Of a stretch of 64,000 nt of DNA, positions 1 through 9,005 are shown piece after piece (position 1 is the stretch's first letter; each line of letters starts with the position of its first letter). The DNA lies in contig JAEWUV010000006.1 in NCBI GenBank assembly GCA_023396915.1, forward strand, positions 21,129-85,128, in the 5' to 3' direction. The stretch comes from Candidatus Parcubacteria bacterium. Lineage in GTDB: Bacteria > Patescibacteriota > Microgenomatia > UBA12405. The position numbers and the translations under genes are program-made. Below the pieces are notes generated by a model. It had not been told where the DNA came from, made no database searches, and saw nothing but the letters and a program-made list of their open reading frames with translations.

Positions 1-120
1 GCGTGATGATATTAGTAAGGCCTATATTTGGGGTAAAAAAGCCAGATTTCCAGGACAAGAAGTATCCTTTAATTTTCCGGTTTTTGATGAAATGGAAGTG
101 TACTTTGGACGGTAGGTTAT

Positions 121-390
121 TTAGACCCTTAGTGCCTTGATTTTTAGTGGTGAGTCTTCTCTGTTTATAGATTTTCCTGTAATTTTTTCTCCATTTTCTA
201 CAAAAAAGCCAATTACAGAAAATCCTTTTCTTTTGTTTGTTGGAGAATTAGCAACTGTTACGAAACCTCCATTTTCATATCCTTCTGCTGTAATATATGT
301 GTTGTTTTTAGGGTCGTGGATGGCGTGATTATTTACTGTTCCATTTCTAACGAAACAAGACTGATTACCACATTCAATCTTTACTGACAT
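121..390 (-). CDS. hypothetical small protein (89 aa) downstream of the MiaB-like gene
   Basis: Intact ORF on the same strand, 17 nt after the MiaB-like stop. No recognisable motif. Confidence 0.3.
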   Translation of the reverse strand: MSVKIECGNQSCFVRNGTVNNHAIHDPKNNTYITAEGYENGGFVTVANSPTNKRKGFSVIGFFVENGEKITGKSINREDSPLKIKALRV

Positions 391-407
391 GTATAATTTT
401 AGCAGAT

Positions 408-1493
408 TTATTGTCTTATAAGGTTTTGGATTTGAGTAGATCGGGATTTGAGGGTTTCTTTGTTAATTTTAGGTGAGTTTTCAAAAATTATTCTGGCTTT
501 GGTGCCGGGGCGAGGAGAAAATGGGAAAGTGTGGATTTTGGTAAAGCCGATTTTTTTACATAAGTTTAGAGTTTCTTTAAAATCTTTTTCAGATTCGGTC
601 GGGAAACCTACAATAATATCAGTGCCAAAACGAAACCCTCCCCTAGCCCCTCCCTTGACAGGGCGGGGAACTATTTTTTTGATTTTATTAAATTTTTCTA
701 GAATTTCAGACTTAGCGTAGGGACGGTTCATGAGTTTTAGGATTTTGTCAGAACCGGATTGAATAGGAATATGGAAAAAATTTTTAATTCTATTGGGGTA
801 GTTTTTAATTAAATCAATGAATTTATCGTCAATACAGTTAATTGGGATAGAGCCAAAACTAATTAATTTAATTTTTGTTTGTTTGAGTATAAATTCGAGT
901 AAATTAGAAAAGCCATATTCGTATTGGTCTAAATTAACACCGGTGATAATTAATTCTTTATAGCTGTTTTTAACGGCTTGGTTAACTGTGTTTACGGCAT
1001 CTTTTATGGGTAATGACCATAAATAATCTCTTTTGAAGGGGACAATACAATAAGAACAAAATTGAGTACAGCCTGATTGAACCTTGAGAATATAACGATT
1101 AGTATGACTAAATTTGTCTTTAATCTTTGGGGAATATAAAGATTTGAGCTGGTTTAATAATTCTTCTTTTTCGTTATTTTTAAAAAACTTAATATTAGAG
1201 AGGTTTTCTATTTTTTTAAAATTAGCACAGCCAGAAACATAGATTTTGACTTTGGGATAAAGTTGTCGAAGCTGTTTGACTTTATTAATTGATTCTTTTT
1301 CTCCTTTTTTGGTGATGGCACAAGTGTTAAGTAAGATTATAGATGGTAGGTCGTAGGTTGTAGCAGGAACAAAACCTTGGTTAATCAGAAGTTGAGACCA
1401 TTGATTGGTTTCGGCGGCGTTAACCCGACAGCCAAAGCTAATTGATAAAAAAGTTTTTGGTGAGGCCATGGATTGAATTATAGCAGAAGGCAA
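408..1493 (-). CDS. radical SAM methylthiotransferase, MiaB/RimO/MtaB family
   Basis: N-terminal MTTase domain with three spaced Cys (FGCRVN..., NTCAIT, VSGC). Radical SAM motif CTQFCSYC (CX3CX2C). At 361 aa it is shorter than typical MiaB, so the TRAM domain may be missing. Confidence 0.75.
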   Translation of the reverse strand: MPSAIIQSMASPKTFLSISFGCRVNAAETNQWSQLLINQGFVPATTYDLPSIILLNTCAITKKGEKESINKVKQLRQLYPKVKIYVSGCANFKKIENLSNIKFFKNNEKEELLNQLKSLYSPKIKDKFSHTNRYILKVQSGCTQFCSYCIVPFKRDYLWSLPIKDAVNTVNQAVKNSYKELIITGVNLDQYEYGFSNLLEFILKQTKIKLISFGSIPINCIDDKFIDLIKNYPNRIKNFFHIPIQSGSDKILKLMNRPYAKSEILEKFNKIKKIVPRPVKGGARGGFRFGTDIIVGFPTESEKDFKETLNLCKKIGFTKIHTFPFSPRPGTKARIIFENSPKINKETLKSRSTQIQNLIRQ

Positions 1494-1620
1494 ATTTATG
1501 TATAAATATTTCCTATCTTTAGGTAAAATTAATTTTTATGTACTATTTAGCAGTCAGATAATCACTCTGCTAATTATATTTTACTATCGAAATATATCAA
1601 ATAATATAAAAGTATACTGA

Positions 1621-2496
1621 TTATTTTTTGGGGTGTTTTGAAACAAAGTCTTTGATGTAGTCCATAATATCAACAGTTGTTTTCCAACCTAGTTCAGTTC
1701 TGGCTTTGTTAGAAATATTTTTACCAGATTCAGTGCGACCGGGATAACCATTTACCATTTCAATAGGTCCACCGAAGGCTTTGGCTATTTTTTTAATAGA
1801 ATAAGCCTTTTTATTATTAAGGTTATAGCCATCACCCTGACCCCTTTCCCCTACCAAAATCATACCGTGAGCTAAATCTTTGACATAAGTGAAGTTGCGT
1901 TTTTGAGTACCGGGTTTAACAACTGTAAGTGGTTTGTTTTCTAAATAAAGTTTTTGAAATCTGGCGATTAATGTGGCATATTTATCGTTGCCATTTTCGC
2001 GGGGCCCAAAGGCGTTGTAGAAATAACAAATAGCGTAAGGCAAATTGTACCAACGACCATAACAGTTGATTAAATCAACATTATTGGCTTTGGTAAAAGA
2101 ATAGGGATTTTTAAAGCGTTCCTCACCCTTACTGGCAAACTTGGTGCTAGAAGCGGCATAAACAAGTTTTTTTACTTTTCTTTGGCGGCAAAATTCGACG
2201 ACTGCAAAAGTTCCTAAGGCATTCATTTCGTAAACTTTGTTTGGCTCATTAATTGAAGGAGTGATTCGGGCGTATTCACCAAGATGATAAACAATGTCTG
2301 GGGTTTCAGGAATTAGTTTATCAATGTCTTTTGTACTTCCTTTGCGGTATTCAGCCCCATTAATATGATTATTTTTACTGCCGTTGAGATAATTATCCAA
2401 AGAAATAACTTTATTTTCTGGGTTTTGAAGTAATTCTTCAATTAAATGTGAACCAACATGTCCAGCTCCTCCGGTAACTAAAATTATTTTTTTCAT
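1621..2496 (-). CDS. NAD-dependent epimerase/dehydratase family protein
   Basis: N-terminal Rossmann motif VTGGAGHVGSHL. Length and Y-x3-K-containing core are typical of SDR-type sugar epimerases/dehydratases. Confidence 0.75.
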   Translation of the reverse strand: MKKIILVTGGAGHVGSHLIEELLQNPENKVISLDNYLNGSKNNHINGAEYRKGSTKDIDKLIPETPDIVYHLGEYARITPSINEPNKVYEMNALGTFAVVEFCRQRKVKKLVYAASSTKFASKGEERFKNPYSFTKANNVDLINCYGRWYNLPYAICYFYNAFGPRENGNDKYATLIARFQKLYLENKPLTVVKPGTQKRNFTYVKDLAHGMILVGERGQGDGYNLNNKKAYSIKKIAKAFGGPIEMVNGYPGRTESGKNISNKARTELGWKTTVDIMDYIKDFVSKHPKK

Positions 2497-2500
2497 AAAT

Positions 2501-3610
<1,110 letters not shown>

Positions 3611-3615
3611 CTAAA

Positions 3616-4722
3616 TTAACGTACCTTTAGGGTATTTGACTCAAAAACTATATCTAGTGGTTTGATAATAACTTTTTTAGGTCCGGTAGTAATTTGGCCG
3701 GCGATAACCGATTTAAAACCAGATTCTGAAATTATTTTTTGAGCAAATTCGGTTTGATCTTTTGGCAAGAACAAAGCATAACCGACTCCCATATTAAAAT
3801 TGGCGTACATTTCGGTATTACTAATATTGCCTTGTTTTTGAATAAAATCGAAGACTGGTTGGGGTGGAAGTATATTTTCGATAGTATAAATAAAGTCTTT
3901 GTTGGCTCGCATAAGTTTACGCCACCCGTGACCGGTAATATTGGAAATGTAGTGGATATCAATATTTTGGTCTAATAAATTAGCAATAACTTTGGCGTAA
4001 ATATGGGTTGGGGCTAAAAGAGCTTCTCCATAGGTAGAACCGTTGGGAAGTTTGGCGGCATAACCATCAGGGTGATTTTCGGCAATGGATCGGGCCAAAG
4101 ATAAACCGTTGGCATGAATGCCGCTGCTTTCGATAAAAATAATAGAGTCGCCGTCTTGGAGTTTGTTTTGAGTAATCAGTTTTTCTTTTGGTTTAATAAT
4201 TCCAATGGCTGAACCGGCTAAATCAATGGTTTCAGGGTTGATAACACCCCTTAAGGTTGGGGTTTCGCCCCCACCATAAACAGCACCAGACATATCGCAG
4301 GCATTTTTCCAACCAATAATCAGGTCTTTAAATCGGGTTTCGTCAGATAACCAGTCAGAACTGCCAATACCAAAATAGGCATTGACCACCATAGGTTTGG
4401 CTCCGACGGTAACTAGATCGTTTACAATCATAGCCACAGTGTCTTGGGCAATTTGGTCATAATGGGTTTTGCCGGTAAATTTGCGGGTGGCGTCGGCAAC
4501 TAAATTTTTGGTACCTAAGCCTTCAATTACTAGTGCTTTATAACAATCGCCTTCGTCCCAAACATAGGCAGATTCTCCCCTGCTTTCGGTAACTTCTGAC
4601 ATATTTAGTTTTGATAAATTTTGTGCAGTATTAGCGGCTTGAGTTTGAGCAAAAACCTTGACTGGGTCCATTTTTGAATAATCAACTCCTGAAGAAGCGT
4701 AGTTGGAATTTTGTTTTGTCAT
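3616..4722 (-). CDS. purM: phosphoribosylformylglycinamidine cyclo-ligase (AIR synthase)
   Basis: Aligns along its length to E. coli PurM from memory: EGLGTKNLVAD, VAMIVNDLVTVGAKP, GGGETPTLRG, HANGLSLAR, LLAPTHIY, NITGHG, EMYANFNMGVG. Confidence 0.8.
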   Translation of the reverse strand: MTKQNSNYASSGVDYSKMDPVKVFAQTQAANTAQNLSKLNMSEVTESRGESAYVWDEGDCYKALVIEGLGTKNLVADATRKFTGKTHYDQIAQDTVAMIVNDLVTVGAKPMVVNAYFGIGSSDWLSDETRFKDLIIGWKNACDMSGAVYGGGETPTLRGVINPETIDLAGSAIGIIKPKEKLITQNKLQDGDSIIFIESSGIHANGLSLARSIAENHPDGYAAKLPNGSTYGEALLAPTHIYAKVIANLLDQNIDIHYISNITGHGWRKLMRANKDFIYTIENILPPQPVFDFIQKQGNISNTEMYANFNMGVGYALFLPKDQTEFAQKIISESGFKSVIAGQITTGPKKVIIKPLDIVFESNTLKVR

Positions 4723-4779
4723 AGCTTATTATAAATGATTAATTTTGTTATAAAAATTGTTATAATATGGACACATTTA

Positions 4780-4864
4780 GCCGCAGTGGTGAAACTGGTA
4801 TACACGCAAGACTTAAAATCTTGTGCTCTCAACAAGCGTGTGGGTTCGATTCCCGCCTGCGGCA
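4780..4864 (+). tRNA. tRNA-Leu(TAA), long variable arm
   Basis: Acceptor stem GCCGCAG/CTGCGGC. Anticodon arm caaga-CTTAAAA-tcttg. T-loop GGTTCGATTCC. Immediately followed by CC and then the next tRNA. Confidence 0.8.
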
Positions 4865-4865
4865 C

Positions 4866-4939
4866 CGGGGATTGGCGCAATTGGCTAGCGTGCGTGCTTT
4901 GGGAGCATGAGGTTGCAGGTTCGAATCCTGTATCCCCGA
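4866..4939 (+). tRNA. tRNA-Pro(TGG)
   Basis: Acceptor stem CGGGGAT/ATCCCCG. Anticodon loop tTTGGGa. T-arm GCAGGTTCGAATCCTGT. Starts 1 nt after the tRNA-Leu discriminator. Confidence 0.7.
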
Positions 4940-5012
4940 CTTCGTTCCGATAAATCGGAACTTCGTCGAGGCAAGGCCCGACTGTTTTGGTAAAATAAGT
5001 TACATTAAAAAT

Positions 5013-5083
5013 GCGGGTATAGTTTAGTGGTAGAACGAAAGATTTCCAATCTCTCGGCAGGGGTTCGATTCCCCTTACCCGCT
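5013..5083 (+). tRNA. tRNA-Gly(TCC)
   Basis: Very similar to E. coli glyT as recalled (GCGGG..TAGTT.A.TGGTAGAACGA.AG.TTCCAA...GGTTCGATTCCC..CCCGCTCCA). Confidence 0.8.
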
Positions 5084-5097
5084 CAGAAATTGTTGAT

Positions 5098-5745
5098 TTA
5101 AATTGTGTTTCCCTGTCGTGTTACAATACTGGATACGATTTTTAGATTTGGAAGTGTTTCTAGAGTCGTTCGAGAAAGATTATTTTTGACTAGATTTACT
5201 CTTATTTCAGGGAAAATTGAAGCAATGAAGTGAGCTGTTGGGGCTTCATCATCACTAAATTCAACAGTATTGTATCCCTTGCTAAGGAGATGAAGTACAT
5301 GAGCTTTACTAATGGTTGAGCTGACACCTGGGGGTTTATAAAAAATTTCTTTGAAAAAATTTAATATACCTGCGTTGTCTAATGTTTCATTGGTTACGTC
5401 TGCCCAAGTTAATTTGTTAGGTCGACCAGTGTTAATAAAGATGTCAAAACCTTCATCGATTAATCTTTTAATTTCGTCAGCTACACCTGGAAATAATTTA
5501 CTTCTGGCAATAAGTTGAAGGGAAAAGTCCTCACTTAGACCTGTAGAAGGTTGTTTTGTTGGTGAATGGTTAATGTCTAAACGGGCAATTTCTTCTCTGG
5601 TGTGTATTGGTAACTCGTGAGGGGGTTTTCTTTGTTTTAAAAAAAGAATGGGTTTTCCTAATGGAGTTATTTTGAATAATGTTCTATCAAGATCAAAAAC
5701 GATAGCTTTTGTTCCTGCTTCTGATAACATGCCGTATTCTAACAT
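5098..5745 (-). CDS. HAD-superfamily hydrolase
   Basis: Motif I FDLDRTL (DxD). A later FINTGRP motif is consistent with HAD phosphatases. Confidence 0.55.
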   Translation of the reverse strand: MLEYGMLSEAGTKAIVFDLDRTLFKITPLGKPILFLKQRKPPHELPIHTREEIARLDINHSPTKQPSTGLSEDFSLQLIARSKLFPGVADEIKRLIDEGFDIFINTGRPNKLTWADVTNETLDNAGILNFFKEIFYKPPGVSSTISKAHVLHLLSKGYNTVEFSDDEAPTAHFIASIFPEIRVNLVKNNLSRTTLETLPNLKIVSSIVTRQGNTI

Positions 5746-5797
5746 AGTAAAATTTTTTGGAATGATTGATTAGAAAAATTTTTGTTAAAATTGGCTT

Positions 5798-6442
5798 ATG
5801 ATACAAGTTTTTTTACTTGGTGATAGTTTTGTTTATGGTGTTGGTGCAGAAGACGGTGGTTGGGGTGATTTGATTAAGAAATATTTTCATAAAAAAATGT
5901 ATTTTTTTGGTGGGATTGGGGAAAAATACGAGATTTATAATTTTGGGAAACCAGGAGAAGGAATTGATTTTATTGAAAAAACTTTCAAACAGCAATTAGA
6001 GCAATATGGTAGAGATGGCGAGATTATTGCTGTTATTTCTGTTGGAACAAATGATATTAAAGCTAAAGATACTCCGGAAAATTTTGGAATGGCTATTAGC
6101 GATTTTTTAAATAAATTAAGTGAATTTGTAGATTTTTTAGTAGATAAAAATATTAAAGTCTTTTTAGTTGGCACAGGGTTTTTTGATGAAACAAAAAGTA
6201 ACCCAAGAATTAGTCCTATTACCGGTATAAAATCATTTTTTACAAATGAACGACAGAATGATTTTTTGGGTGGTTTAGAAAAATTATGTGAGGATAAAAA
6301 TATTTCTTTTGTTGACATTGGAATAGATGAAAAAGAATGGAAAGAAAAATATTTGTATATTGATGGTGTACACCCTAATCAAGAAGGCCATAATTTTATC
6401 GCAGGTAAAGTTTTAGATAAATTGGGTGAAATGGGATATTAA
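5798..6442 (+). CDS. SGNH/GDSL-family hydrolase (lipase/acylesterase)
   Basis: N-terminal block I LLGDSFVYGVG (GDS). Block V DGVHPNQEGH (DxxH). Confidence 0.7.
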   Translation: MIQVFLLGDSFVYGVGAEDGGWGDLIKKYFHKKMYFFGGIGEKYEIYNFGKPGEGIDFIEKTFKQQLEQYGRDGEIIAVISVGTNDIKAKDTPENFGMAISDFLNKLSEFVDFLVDKNIKVFLVGTGFFDETKSNPRISPITGIKSFFTNERQNDFLGGLEKLCEDKNISFVDIGIDEKEWKEKYLYIDGVHPNQEGHNFIAGKVLDKLGEMGY

Positions 6443-6454
6443 TTTGGTGATTTT

Positions 6455-7243
6455 TTGTTAAAATTGGCTGTGGAGAATAAATCAGAATTTTTAAAAGTAG
6501 GACTGGAAGCGGTTAAAAAAGCCGAGGAAATTATTAAAAAATATTATTTTGAACAGAATTTGGAGACTTCTTATAAAAAGAACGGCTCGCCTGTAACTAT
6601 TGCTGACAAAGAGGCAGAAAAAGTAATTAGAGAAACAATAACAGAGGCTTTTCCAGACCATATGTTTTTAGGCGAAGAAATGGGTCGATCTGGTGTTGGG
6701 TCTGAATATATGTGGATTATTGACCCAATTGACGGGACTAAAAATTTTGTCAGAGGACTGACTTCTTTTTCTACTTTGTTGGCCTTGGTAAAAGATGGGG
6801 AGATAATTTTGGGAATTTCTAATGCACCAATGATGAATGAATGTTTGTATGCCGAAAAAGGGAAAGGAGCTTATTTTAATGATAAAAAAATAGAAGTTTC
6901 TAAGGTCGATTCAATAAAAGATGCTTATATGAGTTATGGAGGGATTACCTATTTTGTGGATAAAAAGATGTGGAAACCACTTTTAGCACTTAATCGAGAT
7001 ACTCGTTTTCATCGAGCCTTAGGTGATTTTTGGAGTTTTCATTTATTGGCGATGGGAAAGTTAGATTTGATGGTTGAGGCGGATATTCGGATTTGGGATA
7101 TTGCACCGTTGGTTTGTATAGTTCAGGAAGCTGGCGGGAAAATAACCGATTTACAGGGTAAAAAAATAGATTTAAATTCTGATACTGTGTTGGCAAGTAA
7201 TGGACTCTTGCATAGTAACGTAGTGAAATATTTTAAGAAATAG
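6455..7243 (+). CDS. inositol monophosphatase family protein (SuhB-like)
   Basis: IMPase signature WIIDPIDGTKNFVRG. A downstream WDIAP motif is present. The true start may be slightly upstream. Confidence 0.8.
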   Translation: MLKLAVENKSEFLKVGLEAVKKAEEIIKKYYFEQNLETSYKKNGSPVTIADKEAEKVIRETITEAFPDHMFLGEEMGRSGVGSEYMWIIDPIDGTKNFVRGLTSFSTLLALVKDGEIILGISNAPMMNECLYAEKGKGAYFNDKKIEVSKVDSIKDAYMSYGGITYFVDKKMWKPLLALNRDTRFHRALGDFWSFHLLAMGKLDLMVEADIRIWDIAPLVCIVQEAGGKITDLQGKKIDLNSDTVLASNGLLHSNVVKYFKK

Positions 7244-7256
7244 TTTAGACTTTCTT

Positions 7257-7592
7257 ATGAAAGCATTGATTAAATTAGTGTTGATGGGTGTGGCAGTGAT
7301 GATAAGTGCTTATGTGATTCCAAATGTTTATGTAGATGGGTTTTTAGTGGCGGTGATAGTGGCCGTGATTTTATCGGTAGTCAACTTTATTATTAAACCG
7401 ATTGTAACTTTATTAACTTTGCCGATTAATATTTTAACTTTGGGTTTGTTTACTTTTGTAATAAATGCGTTGATGGTTTTGTTGGTTTCATCAATAGTTC
7501 CTGGCTTTGTGGTGGTTGGTTTGTGGTCGGCAGTATTGTTTAGTATCGTTTTGTCGATAGTGAATGGATTTTTGAATAAAATTTCTAAGTAA
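7257..7592 (+). CDS. 4-TM membrane protein, 'phage holin 4_2'-like family
   Basis: Entirely hydrophobic 111 aa with the IIKPIVTLLTLPINILTLGLFTF core. A paralog lies at 22362-22781. Confidence 0.5.
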   Translation: MKALIKLVLMGVAVMISAYVIPNVYVDGFLVAVIVAVILSVVNFIIKPIVTLLTLPINILTLGLFTFVINALMVLLVSSIVPGFVVVGLWSAVLFSIVLSIVNGFLNKISK

Positions 7593-7593
7593 G

Positions 7594-8472
7594 TTATTCA
7601 AGGTTATCGTGGTCAAGAATTATTTGATCAATTTTTTGGGTGGATATTAGTTTGTCAGTTGGAAGTTTAAACTTTGGCATGTTTAAGTTTCCTAATTCAA
7701 TTATTTGGTTGATGACGGTTTTGGCTAGATAATCGAGAGTTGGAACGTTTTTTCTAATTCTATTAGTAAGAATTATATTGGCTTTGACAGCGGCTTTTTG
7801 AATTTCCCAACCGGATTTGTTGATTCTAGACTCTAAATCTTCATTGGCTCTTTCTGTTTTTAGCCATTCTACATATTCAGAAATAGACATATCCGGCATA
7901 ATGAATTCTTTGATAATTAGGGTGTTTTTGTATTTTGATTTAATGTATTTTTCTAGTCGTGGCCAGCCACTCATTTCAATTTGACAGTAAATAACGGGTT
8001 TGGATTGGTTAAAGGCAAAATCAATACTTTTTTTGGGTAAGCCATAATAACTGTCCCCTCTTTTAAGAAACTCTAGGAATTCATTATTTTTGAGTAGTTT
8101 TAAAAATTTTTCGGTGGTGTAAAAAAAGTAATCAACTTCGTTGGTTTCGTCTTTCCTTGGAAGTCTGGAGGTAGCGGTAATCGTTTTGTGAAATAAGTTT
8201 GGTGATAGGTTAACCATTCGTCCATAGATACTGTCTTTGCCGGCGGCGGCTAAACCACTGGCCAGAAAAATTATTTTGTCGTATTTGATTTTTTTAGAAA
8301 ATGATTTGTTGTCAATCCAAAGACCATATTTTTTTATATCGGGAATAAATCTTTTATATTTTTGAATAGTTTGTTGTAAATAAAATGGAAGTAGCCGAGG
8401 GTTTTTAACCAAAAGTTTGTCAATTATTTTTTTACCGGAGTTAATATCTTTTTGGGAAATATTTGATTTCAT
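7594..8472 (-). CDS. guanylate kinase-like protein with N-terminal extension and atypical P-loop
   Basis: The C-terminal 200 aa align to E. coli Gmk (TSRLPRKDE..DYFFY..F..EF.....YYG). The P-loop is GLAAAGKDS, with Lys followed by Asp instead of Ser/Thr. About 70 extra N-terminal residues. Confidence 0.6.
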   Translation of the reverse strand: MKSNISQKDINSGKKIIDKLLVKNPRLLPFYLQQTIQKYKRFIPDIKKYGLWIDNKSFSKKIKYDKIIFLASGLAAAGKDSIYGRMVNLSPNLFHKTITATSRLPRKDETNEVDYFFYTTEKFLKLLKNNEFLEFLKRGDSYYGLPKKSIDFAFNQSKPVIYCQIEMSGWPRLEKYIKSKYKNTLIIKEFIMPDMSISEYVEWLKTERANEDLESRINKSGWEIQKAAVKANIILTNRIRKNVPTLDYLAKTVINQIIELGNLNMPKFKLPTDKLISTQKIDQIILDHDNLE

Positions 8473-8527
8473 GAGATTAGTAATTTTACTATAGAATTGG
8501 GTTTAAATGGTAGAATAGTGTAATTTT

Positions 8528-8609
8528 GCCAGGGTGTTGAAATTGGTATACAAGCATCGCTCAGAACGGTGTGTCGCAAGACGTATGGGTTCAAGTCCCA
8601 TCCCTGGCA
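8528..8609 (+). tRNA. tRNA-Leu(CAG), long variable arm
   Basis: Acceptor stem GCCAGGG/CCCTGGC. Anticodon arm catcg-CTCAGAA-cggtg. T-loop GGTTCAAGTCC. Confidence 0.75.
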
Positions 8610-8655
8610 CTAGGGTAGTGAAAAATGGATAGTATTTAGTATAATAAGGACACTG

Positions 8656-8728
8656 GCCGAAGTAGCCAAGATGGTCACGGCACTGGTCTGAAAAACCTGG
8701 GATGTCAGTTCGAGTCTGACCTTCGGCA
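8656..8728 (+). tRNA. tRNA-Phe(GAA)
   Basis: Acceptor stem GCCGAAG/CTTCGGC. Anticodon loop cTGAAaa. T-arm GTCAGTTCGAGTCTGAC. Confidence 0.6.
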
Positions 8729-8732
8729 CAGT

Positions 8733-8805
8733 GCGGGAATAGCTCAATTGGTGGAGCGTCTCCTTGCCAAGGAGAAGGTCGCGGGTTCGAGTCCCGTTTC
8801 CCGCT
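8733..8805 (+). tRNA. tRNA-Gly(GCC)
   Basis: Acceptor stem GCGGGAA/TTCCCGC. Anticodon arm tctcc-TTGCCAA-ggaga. T-loop GGTTCGAGTCC. Confidence 0.8.
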
Positions 8806-8816
8806 CATTTTTTTTG

Positions 8817-8889
8817 GGCCGTTTAGCTCAGTTGGTAGAGCGCTTCGTTTACATCGAAGATGTCGGGGGTCCGAGTCCCTCAGCGGCCA
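8817..8889 (+). tRNA. tRNA-Val(TAC)
   Basis: D-arm TAGCTCAGTTGGTAGAGC. Anticodon arm cttcg-TTTACAT-cgaag. T-loop GGTCCGAGTCC. Confidence 0.8.
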
Positions 8890-8910
8890 CCCGATTACAT
8901 TAAAAAATAA

Positions 8911-8992
8911 GCCGATGTGGTGAAATTGGTATACACGTACGCTTGAGGTGCGTATGCCGCAAGGCGTGGGGGTTCAAGTCCCTCCATCGGCA
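8911..8992 (+). tRNA. tRNA-Leu(GAG), long variable arm
   Basis: Acceptor stem GCCGATG/CATCGGC. Anticodon arm tacgc-TTGAGGT-gcgta. T-loop GGTTCAAGTCC. Confidence 0.75.
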
Positions 8993-9005
8993 CATTTAGT
9001 TCAAT

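Noticed and set aside
2-115. Possible 3' end of a plus-strand gene running in from the left edge
   Set aside because: It is only 38 codons with no motif and cannot be supported.
4735-4953. 72-aa ORF on the plus strand
   Set aside because: It lies entirely over tRNA-Leu(TAA) and tRNA-Pro(TGG). It is an artefact of the stable, stop-poor tRNA sequence.
8503-8808. 101-aa ORF on the minus strand
   Set aside because: It is antisense to the five-tRNA cluster (Leu-CAG, Phe, Gly-GCC). It is not coding.
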